A stretch of DNA of 64,000 nt from an uncultured Candidatus Izemoplasmatales bacterium. GTDB taxonomy: Bacteria > Bacillota_I > Bacilli_A > Izemoplasmatales > Hujiaoplasmataceae. The stretch's first letter is position 1; each line of letters starts with the position of its first letter. The position numbers and the translations under genes were made by a program. A model generated the notes under the pieces. It had not been told where the DNA came from, made no database searches, and was given only the letters and a program-made list of their open reading frames with translations. The DNA lies in NCBI GenBank assembly GCA_964501315.1, contig CAZCSO010000004.1, forward strand, positions 24,179 through 88,178, in the 5' to 3' direction. Positions 30,293 to 41,383 of the stretch are shown in pieces.

Positions 30293-32925
30293 TTAATTTT
30301 TCCTCGAATCATTTGAATCGCTTCATCCACGTTTTCAATCGATTTTCCACCTGCTTGAGCATAATCGGGACGTCCGCCTCCGTTACCGCCGCACAGAATA
30401 GCCGCTGCTTTAACCAACTCGCCACAATGAAAAGATTTAGATAGTGACTTCGCTAAAAACATGACTTTATCATCCGTTACTGATGCGACAAAGACCAATC
30501 CATTGGGAACTCGAACAGCAATATTGTCAACCAATTGCTTGAGTTGAGCCATAGTGAGACCAGAAACCTTTTGGATGAAATGCCCTTCTTCAATTTGATC
30601 ATAAAACTGATCCATGGATGACTGAATTTGAAGTTCCTTGAGTTTGGATATTTCTTTTTCCAAGTCCTTAACCGATTTTTGCATATCGGTAAACAATTGA
30701 CGACGATTAATAACGTCCTGATAGGAACCGATGACACTCGGTAAGTCAGGATAACGATACGACACTTGAATGGCTTCATTCTCTGCTTGTTCAATCATGG
30801 ATTGAGCTTTATGGATTAAATTATCGATTTCTTGATTAATCCCGACAAGTCCATCTGCAATTGAATCAACCGACACATTGGTCAATCCTTCTATACGATA
30901 GATTCCAGAGCCAATCGAATAAAGGTTTTTAATGGCGAATCGTTGGATGTCTTTTAAGTCTTTGACATGCGTTCCACCACATAAATCTAACGTATACTTC
31001 AAATCCACAACACGGACGGAATCTCCGTATTTTTCGCCAAATTCAGCAATCGCGCCGTGTTTAACGGCTTCATCGACCGTCATAATCAGCGTTTTTGTTG
31101 GATAAGATTCGCTTATCATCTCATTGACGCGACGTTCCAACTCCAATATTTGTTCATCGGTAATCGATTCATAATGATTAAAATCAAAACGAAGCATATC
31201 CGACGATACTTGAGAACCCTGTTGAGAGACATGATTTCCTAATAAATCACGGAGAGCTTTAAATAACAAATGCGTAGCTGAATGATTGTAAGCAGTCAAA
31301 TTACGTCGTTGTTCGTCGACTTTCGCATTGACCCGCATGCCTTCTAATGGCATTCCATCCAACAATTCATAAACGTGTAAGAATTGACCGTTCGGTAATT
31401 TGTAGACATCCGTAACATGCGCAGAGAAACGATCGTTGTAGATAACGCCCGTATCGGCGAGTTGTCCTCCCGACGTAGCATAGAACGGCGTGTCTTCTAA
31501 AACCATGCCTTCGTCGAAAAGTTTGATAATTTTGGTTTCTGATAATAAGGATTGGTAACCGACAAAATGACTTTCTTCTTCAAAATTCAAGAAAGCTTCA
31601 TTTTGTGATTTCATGGATTGGATATCTTTGCGCGCTGACCGTGCCCGTTCTTTTTGTTTGGTCATTTCTTCATGGAATCCATCCAAGTCAACCTTCAAAT
31701 TACGTTCTTCTGCGTACTCTTGAGTTAATTCAATTGGAAAACCATAGGTATCGTAAAGAATAAAAGCATCCAAACCCGATAAGGTATTTGACGTAGTGTT
31801 TTGAGCAATGGTTTCAAATCGTTTTTCCCCGGAAGCCAACGTTTCCAAAAACTTAGTTTCTTCGGTAACGACGATTTTTTTAACGATGGCCTTTTGATCT
31901 TCTAAATAAGGATAAAAATCCTTCATATTATCGACGACAATGTCTACCAATTCATCCATAAACGGACGTTCAATTCCCAATTTACGGCCATATTTTACAG
32001 CGCGTCTCAACAATCTCCGAAGCACATATCCACGGCCTTCGTTAGCGAGGACAGCCCCGTCGGCAATGGCGAACGTCACGGTTCTAATGTGATCCGCAAT
32101 GACTTTAAATGCCATTTGTCCTTGGTATTCAACACCCGAGATCGATGAGATTCGTTGAATTATAGGCATGAATAAATCGGTCTCAAAATTAGTTTTGACA
32201 CCTTGAATAATGGAAGTTAAGCGTTCTAAACCGCAACCGGTATCGATGTTTTTATTGGGTAATTCCGGGTATTCAGATCGTGACAATCCTGGTTTTGCAT
32301 TGTATTGTGAGAACACGATATTCCAAAATTCGACATAACGATCGTTTTCAATGTCATCGCGAATCGCATCCGGTGTGAAATCACCGTATGCTTCGCCGCG
32401 GTCATAAAAGATTTCGGTACAAGGACCGCAGGGACCTTCTCCAATTTCCCAGAAATTGTTCTCTTCCGTTGGGATAATGTGTGAAGGATCTATACCCAGT
32501 TCAATCCACAAGTTTTTCGTTTCGATATCATCGGGATAGACGGTAATGTATAACCGATTCTTATCGAATCCAAGCCATTTCGGTGAGGTAATCAGTTCGT
32601 ATCCCCATGTAACGGCTTCTTTTCGGAAATAATCACCAATCGAAAAATTCCCCAACATCTCAAAGAACGTATGATGACGAGCTGTTTTTCCAACATTTTC
32701 AATGTCATTTGTACGAATGCATTTTTGAGCATTCACGATTCTTGGGTTTTTCGGAATCATTGAACCGTCAAAGTATTTTTTGAGTGCTGCAACACCGGCA
32801 TTCATCCACAATAACGTTGGATCATCATTGGGAATCAATGAAGCGCCTTTTTCAACACTGTGACCCTTCTCTTTGAAGAAATCCAGCCACATTTGACGAA
32901 TTTCGGTTCCTTTAAGATATTTCAT
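30289..32925 (-). CDS. alaS: alanine--tRNA ligase
   Basis: IRQMWLDFFKEKGH, FTNAGM-like WMNAGV, HHTFFEMLGNFS, HSATHLL editing block, C-terminal GGGRPDYAQAGG. The start at ATG 32925 follows GGAGGA. Confidence 0.97.
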   Translation of the reverse strand: MKYLKGTEIRQMWLDFFKEKGHSVEKGASLIPNDDPTLLWMNAGVAALKKYFDGSMIPKNPRIVNAQKCIRTNDIENVGKTARHHTFFEMLGNFSIGDYFRKEAVTWGYELITSPKWLGFDKNRLYITVYPDDIETKNLWIELGIDPSHIIPTEENNFWEIGEGPCGPCTEIFYDRGEAYGDFTPDAIRDDIENDRYVEFWNIVFSQYNAKPGLSRSEYPELPNKNIDTGCGLERLTSIIQGVKTNFETDLFMPIIQRISSISGVEYQGQMAFKVIADHIRTVTFAIADGAVLANEGRGYVLRRLLRRAVKYGRKLGIERPFMDELVDIVVDNMKDFYPYLEDQKAIVKKIVVTEETKFLETLASGEKRFETIAQNTTSNTLSGLDAFILYDTYGFPIELTQEYAEERNLKVDLDGFHEEMTKQKERARSARKDIQSMKSQNEAFLNFEEESHFVGYQSLLSETKIIKLFDEGMVLEDTPFYATSGGQLADTGVIYNDRFSAHVTDVYKLPNGQFLHVYELLDGMPLEGMRVNAKVDEQRRNLTAYNHSATHLLFKALRDLLGNHVSQQGSQVSSDMLRFDFNHYESITDEQILELERRVNEMISESYPTKTLIMTVDEAVKHGAIAEFGEKYGDSVRVVDLKYTLDLCGGTHVKDLKDIQRFAIKNLYSIGSGIYRIEGLTNVSVDSIADGLVGINQEIDNLIHKAQSMIEQAENEAIQVSYRYPDLPSVIGSYQDVINRRQLFTDMQKSVKDLEKEISKLKELQIQSSMDQFYDQIEEGHFIQKVSGLTMAQLKQLVDNIAVRVPNGLVFVASVTDDKVMFLAKSLSKSFHCGELVKAAAILCGGNGGGRPDYAQAGGKSIENVDEAIQMIRGKIK

Positions 32926-32940
32926 AGTAACATCCTCCAT

Positions 32941-33148
32941 AAAAATAAAAAATCATCCTCTGTTAAAGGACGATTGTATCGCGGTACCACCTTTGTTCTA
33001 GTTTCCTAGCACTTAAATTCCTTAACGCGGAACAACGGATGGGATTAGCATCTCTTGAAAGGAGCTTCAATTCCTGATCTGTTTAGTTACACCAACCCTA
33101 AACTCTCTATGAAGATCAAATGAATCTACTTATCTTTCGCATCGATTT
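32941..33148 (-). promoter_or_regulatory. T-box riboswitch leader of alaS (specifier GCU)
   Basis: On the minus strand: AGAGA box, specifier context GAA-GCU-C (GCU is the complement of 33063-33065), and T-box AACAAAGGTGGTACCGCG (32980-32997). The terminator stem AATCGTCCT/AGGATGATT is followed by a T-run at 32941-32975. Confidence 0.85.
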
Positions 33149-33154
33149 GACAAA

Positions 33155-33183
33155 ATTATACTCTATTTTAATCAAAAAAGCAA
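33155..33183 (-). promoter_or_regulatory. promoter of the alaS T-box leader
   Basis: On the minus strand: TTGCTT (33178-33183), 17-nt spacer, TATAAT (33155-33160). Confidence 0.55.
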
Positions 33184-33208
33184 TGATTTTGGACAAGAAC
33201 CGTTGATT

Positions 33209-35455
33209 TTATAAAAAATCTTCTATTGTTAACGAATCATTTGTTTTCGATGAAACCGACTCGTCAAAAAAAAGCGACAAAAACGTTTTTCTTGGGGATT
33301 CAATTCCTAATATTCCTCGTTTTAAAGCGGAGAATTCTCCCACTATAATTAGTTTATCTTTTGCTCTCGTCACGCCCGTATAGAGCAACTTTCGTTTTAA
33401 CATGATGGAATAGCTTCGAACCATGGGCAAAATGACCAACTTGAATTCACTTCCTTGTGACTTGTGAACACTGATGGCATACGCCAATGTTAAATTATCG
33501 AAATCTTTTACATTGTACTTAACAATGTTTCCAGAAAAATCCACCAACATTTCACGTTCATCGAGAATACCACTGACAATACCCAAATCGCCGTTCATGA
33601 TACCATCTTCCGGTTGATTTGCGAGTTGCATGACTTTATCATGATAATAAAAAGTCTTGCCTCCACCTTGTATCGACTGGTCTTGATGATCATGATTAAA
33701 CGTTGATTGAAGCAATGAATTGATGTGATCAATTCCCGCGACGCCCCGATACATCGGGATTAAAATTTCAATGTCTTCCCATAAATCGTATCCCGCATTG
33801 ATCGCTTCTTGAACAATGTGAACAACACGATCGGGAATATCCGCTTCATTGGACCGAATATACGATAAATCATCATGATAATCCAATACGGAGTCGGTGA
33901 TTTGTTGATTCAAAATATCATAAGCTAATTTAATGATGGTAGAGTCAGAAGCTTGACGATGAATTTTTGATAGTCGAACTACTGGAAATATAGTGGCATT
34001 CATCAAATCTGACAAAACCTGACCAGGTCCGACGGAGGGTAATTGGTTCTCATCACCCACGATAACGACTTTCGTATTCGGATTAAGCGAAGTAAACAAT
34101 TGTTTCGCCAAGGAAACATCGAGCATCGAAGCCTCATCAATAATCACCAATTTGGCATCTAGCGGATTCATTTCATCGTATGCAAAATGACCTAGATAAT
34201 CATATCCCAAAAGTCGGTGAATCGTAACGGCAGGCATCTCCGTGGCCTCCGATAAACGTTTGGATGCTTTACCGGTTGGAGCCGCTAATTTTATGAGTTC
34301 TTTGATTGATTTTTTCCCTTGATGTAATGACAGATATATTTGGACTATTCCCTTAACAATTGTTGTTTTACCTGTTCCGGGTCCCCCTGTAATAATCGAA
34401 AACGGATTCACTAAAGCACATAAAATCGCTTCTTTTTGATTGGTTGTGTACGTAATTCCTTGGCTCTCTTCAAATGCCTTTATCGCCTGATTAAGGACGT
34501 CTAAAGGAACATCGCTCTTTGCTATTTCAAGAAATTTTTTCGTGCGTTTGGCAATGGTTTCCTCGGCACGATAAAACAACCGTAGTCCAATACGATTTTC
34601 AATTTCGACAATCTTGCCTTCTTGTATCAAATTTTGGATTTCATGGTCAATGGATTCTGCTTCGACAAACGTTTCATCATTGACTTTGAGATAGGATACT
34701 GTATAGTCCATTAACTTTGATTTATCCAAATACGTATCACCATATTTATTCGCATACTCTTGTAATAAATACAAGATTACTGCGTGGATTCTAAGCGGAC
34801 TGTCGTAAGAAAAGCCAACCTTTAAGCCAATTTCATCGGCTCTCTTAAATCCAATTCCTTCGACTTCATCAATGAGTACATAGGGATTTTCACGGATTAC
34901 ATCAATGGTTTTCACTCCGTAAGTTTGATAGATTTTCATCGCCATTCTTGGTGATATTTGGAAACCGTAAAGCCACACGAGCGTCGATTCCATTTGCCGA
35001 TTGTCGATGATAACTTGATGCAATGATTTTATCAGTTTCTTACTAAATTTCGGTACGGATAGAAGTATTTCTGGATTATTTGCGATCTTTTCAAGGGCAT
35101 CGAGTCCTAACGTATCAATAATTCGTTTCGCTGTTTTCGGACCGATTCCTTTCATCAAACCACTTGATAAGTAATCAATGAGACCTTCATAGCTTGAATC
35201 GATAATTCGTTCGTATCGTTCTGCGTCAAATTGTATTCCGTATTTTGGATGATGCTTAATGGATCCATAAAATCGATACAAACATCCCGTCTCTAACTTA
35301 GGAAAAAACCCACAGATTATCATTGTGGGTTCGTAAAATACGAGTTGAGATTCATTGGTATCGGTTATTTCAAGTTTCAACACCGAATACAGATTCGTTT
35401 CGTTGAAAAAGAGATAGGATTTTAAGATACCTTCAACGTAATTCAATACCATCAT
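33209..35455 (-). CDS. recD2: ATP-dependent RecD-like DNA helicase (RecD2/YrrC)
   Basis: 748 aa. ITGGPGTGKTT Walker A, VIIDEASM Walker B, HhH region, C-terminal AISVHKSQGSE. Confidence 0.92.
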   Translation of the reverse strand: MMVLNYVEGILKSYLFFNETNLYSVLKLEITDTNESQLVFYEPTMIICGFFPKLETGCLYRFYGSIKHHPKYGIQFDAERYERIIDSSYEGLIDYLSSGLMKGIGPKTAKRIIDTLGLDALEKIANNPEILLSVPKFSKKLIKSLHQVIIDNRQMESTLVWLYGFQISPRMAMKIYQTYGVKTIDVIRENPYVLIDEVEGIGFKRADEIGLKVGFSYDSPLRIHAVILYLLQEYANKYGDTYLDKSKLMDYTVSYLKVNDETFVEAESIDHEIQNLIQEGKIVEIENRIGLRLFYRAEETIAKRTKKFLEIAKSDVPLDVLNQAIKAFEESQGITYTTNQKEAILCALVNPFSIITGGPGTGKTTIVKGIVQIYLSLHQGKKSIKELIKLAAPTGKASKRLSEATEMPAVTIHRLLGYDYLGHFAYDEMNPLDAKLVIIDEASMLDVSLAKQLFTSLNPNTKVVIVGDENQLPSVGPGQVLSDLMNATIFPVVRLSKIHRQASDSTIIKLAYDILNQQITDSVLDYHDDLSYIRSNEADIPDRVVHIVQEAINAGYDLWEDIEILIPMYRGVAGIDHINSLLQSTFNHDHQDQSIQGGGKTFYYHDKVMQLANQPEDGIMNGDLGIVSGILDEREMLVDFSGNIVKYNVKDFDNLTLAYAISVHKSQGSEFKLVILPMVRSYSIMLKRKLLYTGVTRAKDKLIIVGEFSALKRGILGIESPRKTFLSLFFDESVSSKTNDSLTIEDFL

Positions 35456-35460
35456 CCTCT

Positions 35461-36744
35461 CTAGATGGCTTGTTTGGCCATAAAAGCCTCAATGTCCTCG
35501 ATTTCTTTAATGATAGAACTGGACAAATTAATGGATCCATTTTCGGTAACTAAAACATTATCCTCAATGCGGATCCCTATTTTTTCTTCTTCCACATAAA
35601 TACCTGGTTCAATAGTCAAGACAATGCCCGGTTTTAAAGGAGTCAAATAATTACCAACATCATGAACATCCAGTCCTAGATAATGACTGACATTGTGATA
35701 GTAATAACGTCCGATTTCTTCTGGAGATTTAATAAGTCCGAGCGCTACGGCTTTTTCAGTCAGCAAATTGCGAGCATACGCATTCAGTTCACTCATAAGA
35801 ATGCCTGGTTTAACAAATTCGATGCACGCTTTATTAACGCTCAATACACAGTCGTACAATTGACGCTGACGATCTGAAAATTTGCCGTTGACTGGAAATG
35901 TCCGTGATATATCGGAAGCATAAGGACCTGATAAAGCGCCCATATCAATGAGTACCAAATCTCCGTCTTCTGCGACTTGGTCGTTATCTTCGTAGTGTAA
36001 GGTCGTGGCACGAGCACCCGCAGCACAAATAGGATTGAAGGAATTCCCTTCCGATCCATGGCTTTTTAATGCGTACTCATAAATCGCTACTAGCGCACGT
36101 TCGTTGATACCCGGCGTGGCAGTTGACATGATCGCTTCTATCGCTACTTTTGAATAAGCGATCGCGTTTTTAATTTCTTCAATTTCATCTTCGTCTTTAA
36201 TCATTCTCATTGAATCAATGAGTTCGTTAATATTTTTTATGGCAAGTTCTGGATAGGATTCACGGATTTTTGTAATTTTTTGTAAAGCAGCTGGAATATC
36301 AAAAGGACGAGGACGAAGCAAATCGATAAAGAGCGTTTTGGGAGCCTTCACGAGGGCTTTCCGTTGACCAGAAAGGATTTGCTGATGCATTAATGATTCA
36401 AACTGTTCAAGGTAATAAATACTTTGAATGGCAATCCCTGATATGTCGGAGGCTTCTTCTTTGGTCATCCGTCTTCCCAACCATTTGGTCGCATAGTCGC
36501 TCGGTTCTTCAATGAACAGATACTCTAAAAAACGCGTTCCATCTTTTTGTAAAACGAGTGTAAAATTGGATCGTTTCAAGCCTGTTAAATAGTAGAAATT
36601 TCGATTGATTTCGTACGGATAAAATTGATCTGCCGTCTTATGTGGTGCCTCCAGCGAAAATAAGACAACCAACGAAACATCTTCTATTTGTTTCATAAGT
36701 TTTAAACGACGATTGATGAATAGATTTTGATTCATATGATTCAC
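35461..36744 (-). CDS. Xaa-Pro aminopeptidase (M24B family)
   Basis: DMGALSGPYASDISRT, HNVSHYLGLDVHD, TIEPGIY and IRIEDNVLVT are pita-bread metal ligand blocks. Confidence 0.88.
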   Translation of the reverse strand: MNHMNQNLFINRRLKLMKQIEDVSLVVLFSLEAPHKTADQFYPYEINRNFYYLTGLKRSNFTLVLQKDGTRFLEYLFIEEPSDYATKWLGRRMTKEEASDISGIAIQSIYYLEQFESLMHQQILSGQRKALVKAPKTLFIDLLRPRPFDIPAALQKITKIRESYPELAIKNINELIDSMRMIKDEDEIEEIKNAIAYSKVAIEAIMSTATPGINERALVAIYEYALKSHGSEGNSFNPICAAGARATTLHYEDNDQVAEDGDLVLIDMGALSGPYASDISRTFPVNGKFSDRQRQLYDCVLSVNKACIEFVKPGILMSELNAYARNLLTEKAVALGLIKSPEEIGRYYYHNVSHYLGLDVHDVGNYLTPLKPGIVLTIEPGIYVEEEKIGIRIEDNVLVTENGSINLSSSIIKEIEDIEAFMAKQAI

Positions 36745-36811
36745 CCCACTATTGCATGAACTTATTATATCATATTTTTTGTATTCATCTACGCAAACTG
36801 CAATAAATTAG

Positions 36812-37654
36812 TTAACCGATGAAATCAATTTCGATATCACCATTGGAAGTCGATAAGCGTAGTAATTTGTTGGCATTAGGGTTGTATAAAGAATCATTTT
36901 TTTCGATATTGTCGACGTGACAATCACCATTGGATGTATCCATTTCAATACGATAATCGTCATAATCACCCAATACTGATAATTCAATATCGCCATTGGA
37001 GGTATCAAAGATAAGTCTTGAAGCATCGATGTTTGTAGCAATTATCTTGCCATTAGATGTATCTAGAGTGATGTCACAATCCGCTTTGACATTAGATACA
37101 GTTATTCGCCCATTTGACGTGTACAGATCAAATTCATCGGTAACATAAAGATCACCTTCTACTTTAATTTCGCCATTCGATGAAGAGGCGTTCAGTCTAG
37201 AAAGCTGATCGATTCCCGTGACTGTAATTTTGCCATTTGATGTACTGACATCGATATCATAGGTCAATACATCGGTGGGCAGGTATATTTCGACAATCCA
37301 AATATCATTCGATTGAAATCCCCAAAGTCCGAAATTTAATCCGGCATACCAGTGCGATTTCTGAATTAACTCCAGTTGTTGATTGGATAAATCAACTTCA
37401 ACCCAATCGTGTTCTGATTCATAATACTTAATGGTTACTTTATCATTTTCGGAAGCATAAAATTTGACAGTACGATTAGAAAAAATTAACGAAAAATCGT
37501 CTATTTCATTGGCTTCATATTCTAATTGAGTCTCGGAATACTGCGATTCCTCAAAAAATGAAATGTCGTTGGATATGCCCGAAACATAACCAATCCCGAC
37601 AAAAACAATTCCTACTAGTAAAACAAATAAGGTGACACCTACAAAACGTTTCAT
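36812..37654 (-). CDS. DUF4097-type beta-strand repeat protein (putative adhesin-like), membrane anchored
   Basis: N-terminal TM segment. Repeated TSNG(K/D/R)I(T/E)V motifs at least six times. Confidence 0.75.
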   Translation of the reverse strand: MKRFVGVTLFVLLVGIVFVGIGYVSGISNDISFFEESQYSETQLEYEANEIDDFSLIFSNRTVKFYASENDKVTIKYYESEHDWVEVDLSNQQLELIQKSHWYAGLNFGLWGFQSNDIWIVEIYLPTDVLTYDIDVSTSNGKITVTGIDQLSRLNASSSNGEIKVEGDLYVTDEFDLYTSNGRITVSNVKADCDITLDTSNGKIIATNIDASRLIFDTSNGDIELSVLGDYDDYRIEMDTSNGDCHVDNIEKNDSLYNPNANKLLRLSTSNGDIEIDFIG

Positions 37655-38214
37655 TCTTTCTCACCTGATCTTTCTGTGGTTTTTTGAACCAATTCGATTA
37701 ATTTTTCTAATTTGTTTTTCGATTTTTTAATTAACCACCAAAATAGTGATCCGCTGAGCATGACAAGCCCAATTCCGACCAATGTCTGTCCAGCCAAATA
37801 TAGTAATTGGGTATCCGATACGGCATTTTTTAGACCGATAACAAATTGACTTACTCCTAAAAACGATACCGATAAGCCAGCAGTTCCCAAAGAAAATGCA
37901 ACCGTTCCAATTACAAATACGATTAAACCATAGATTGCGTACCCGATAATTTTGGAGGTAATGTTAAACACTTTTTTGAGTTCAAAATTTTGTTTTTCTT
38001 TAACATTATTCACAAAATTCGTATCTTTTTGCATGGTTCTAACAATGGTCTCAATACTTCCCAATCGATCAATGAAATCGGATTCGTTTTCCCCATTGTC
38101 AATCGCATCTTGAATTAATTCATCATAGTAACGTGTAATATCTTTCTTTTCAGAAACGGGTAGAATCACCAATGCTTTATTTAGTTTGTATAGAAATTCA
38201 TATTTATTCATCAT
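37651..38214 (-). CDS. DUF1700-type membrane protein
   Basis: N-terminal YEFLYKLNKAL...YYDELIQDAIDNGE pattern followed by TM helices. 4-nt overlap with the downstream gene. Confidence 0.7.
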   Translation of the reverse strand: MMNKYEFLYKLNKALVILPVSEKKDITRYYDELIQDAIDNGENESDFIDRLGSIETIVRTMQKDTNFVNNVKEKQNFELKKVFNITSKIIGYAIYGLIVFVIGTVAFSLGTAGLSVSFLGVSQFVIGLKNAVSDTQLLYLAGQTLVGIGLVMLSGSLFWWLIKKSKNKLEKLIELVQKTTERSGEKE

Positions 38215-38220
38215 AGCCTC

Positions 38221-38526
38221 CTATTGGACAATGTAATCGTAAATCTGTTTGATTTCAAAAAAGTCTTGTTCGGATTCCCTTAATTTCATTCGACCCAATT
38301 CGGTAATTTTATAATATCTTCTTAACCGTGATTGATATTCGGCTGAATAGGTTGTCACAAACTTTTGTGATTCTAAACGTTTCAAAATGGGATACAACGT
38401 CGATTCTGATAGTTCCATTATTTCGGAAACATCTTGGATGATGCGATAACCGTAAGAATCCTGATGTTTCAAAGAAGCCAAAACCACTAATTCTAAAAAT
38501 CCTTTTTTTAATTGCGCATCCATCAT
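38221..38526 (-). CDS. PadR-family transcriptional regulator
   Basis: LKKGFLELVVLASL....SYGYRIIQDV......STLYPILKRLE is the canonical PadR winged helix. Confidence 0.9.
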   Translation of the reverse strand: MMDAQLKKGFLELVVLASLKHQDSYGYRIIQDVSEIMELSESTLYPILKRLESQKFVTTYSAEYQSRLRRYYKITELGRMKLRESEQDFFEIKQIYDYIVQ

Positions 38527-38543
38527 ATACCCCCTTACACATA

Positions 38544-38574
38544 ATACTATACATTACATAGTATCAATTGTCAA
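38544..38574 (-). promoter_or_regulatory. padR operon promoter with an overlapping palindromic operator
   Basis: On the minus strand: TTGACA (38569-38574), 17-nt spacer, TATAGT (38546-38551). The inverted repeat ATACTAT-N7-ATAGTAT (38544-38564) covers the -10. Confidence 0.6.
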
Positions 38575-38688
38575 CAAAAAAAACGCTCGATTTAGAGCAG
38601 GCAAGATATCAACGATTTTAATTTCGTAGGTGTCCTGCCTCTCTTTTTTTATGATTTTAGTGTATAATTGATTAAAAAGGTGAACATT

Positions 38689-39213
38689 ATGAAAAAATTA
38701 TTAACTTTTGTATTAAGTCTGCTTTTAATATGCAGTTTATCAGGATGTGGTAAAAATGATGCCAATTCAATTGAGTCTAATAATCCTACTACTGAAGAAC
38801 CATCAATAACTACACCAATTGAAGATACTACACAAGAAACAAGTGAGAGTGATGAAATTATGAATAAAACATTAGTCCTTAAAATAGACAATACCGAAGT
38901 AGATGTATTTTGGGCTGATAACGCGTCAGTAACAGCTTTAAAGGAACTTGCTAAAGGTGGATTAACCATTAATATGAGTAAGTATGGTGGTTTCGAGCAA
39001 GTGGGTTCTTTAGGTACTTCAATTACATCAGCTGATACTAGAATTACAACAACTGCTGGTGACATTGTTTTATATTCATCAAATCAAATTGTTATATTTT
39101 ATGATTCAAATACATGGGCTTATACTAAACTTGGTCATATAAACTTATCTAAGAGTGAGCTAGTAGATCTACTTGCTGATGAAGATGTAACTATCACCTT
39201 ATCTTTAAAATAA
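38689..39213 (+). CDS. lipoprotein with a cyclophilin-like fold domain
   Basis: Signal peptide with lipobox LSGC. The C-terminal domain pattern (DNASVTALKEL...GDIVLYSSNQIVIFYDS...YTKLGHI) is typical of cyclophilin-like-2 proteins. The start at ATG 38689 follows AAAGGTGA. Confidence 0.7.
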   Translation: MKKLLTFVLSLLLICSLSGCGKNDANSIESNNPTTEEPSITTPIEDTTQETSESDEIMNKTLVLKIDNTEVDVFWADNASVTALKELAKGGLTINMSKYGGFEQVGSLGTSITSADTRITTTAGDIVLYSSNQIVIFYDSNTWAYTKLGHINLSKSELVDLLADEDVTITLSLK

Positions 39214-39240
39214 AAACACCACCAGATTACTCTAGTAGTG
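39205..39240 (-). terminator. rho-independent terminator of the recombinase operon
   Basis: On the minus strand, a 10-bp stem (39217-39226 / 39231-39240, two G-U pairs) is followed by TGTTTTTATTTT. Confidence 0.65.
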
Positions 39241-39274
39241 TTAGGAGGAAGTTCTGACTAAAAACAGAACTAAT

Positions 39275-41088
<1,814 letters not shown>

Positions 41089-41156
41089 ATAAATAACCTC
41101 CTTTGGTGTGTATATACATCACTCTAAAAGGGATTATTATCAAGTAATACGAGCAC

Positions 41157-41324
41157 TTATTTTTTATTCTTTAAAGGCATTTGAATGATTGGTATTTCAA
41201 TAGATCTACGAATCATCTTTTCAACCTTTTTCTTTATGTAATCTTCATCTTTTTTATCGGCGACTTGAGTATTTATAACATAGACAGTGTCACCGATTTT
41301 AGTATTATAATTTAATCTATCCAT
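41157..41324 (-). CDS. possible small ORF (55 aa), hypothetical
   Basis: Below the ORF-track cutoff. ATG 41324 is preceded by GGTGA. Translates MDRLNYNTKIGDTVYVINTQVADKKDEDYIKKKVEKMIRRSIEIPIIQMPLKNKK. It fills an otherwise empty 295-nt gap in a tightly packed operon. Confidence 0.35.
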   Translation of the reverse strand: MDRLNYNTKIGDTVYVINTQVADKKDEDYIKKKVEKMIRRSIEIPIIQMPLKNKK

Positions 41325-41383
41325 GCTATTCACCAAAAGGATAGGAGCTAACCTAGAAGCCCTAAATTAGCCCCTAAATCGCC

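Noticed and set aside
38598-38655. Imperfect hairpin (AGAGCAGGCA ... TGCCTCTCT) followed by a T-run on the plus strand, left of the lipoprotein gene. I considered it as a terminator or att-site remnant.
   Set aside because: No plus-strand gene lies upstream for it to terminate. The stem is bulged and the loop is about 30 nt. I keep it only as a landmark near the possible left junction.
38649-39065. 138-aa minus-strand ORF overlapping the lipoprotein gene.
   Set aside because: It is antisense to a gene with a clean signal peptide, lipobox and domain pattern. Its translation is Ser/Val/Leu-rich low complexity, and it has no RBS.
39217-39240. The loop and stem of this hairpin resemble the hairpin at 50068-50091 (CCAGATTACTCTAG versus CCTAGATTTTACTCTAGA). 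I considered whether the two are att-site direct repeats of the island.
   Set aside because: Both are better explained as minus-strand rho-independent terminators (full stems with G-U pairs followed by U-runs), of the recombinase operon and of the host TVP38-family gene respectively. Serine-recombinase att sites do not need long direct repeats. The similarity is short and could be chance.
41358-41380. Short direct repeat CCCTAAAT occurring twice just downstream of the capsid gene stop.
   Set aside because: It is only 8 bp and occurs twice, which is too short to distinguish from chance. No associated structure is visible.
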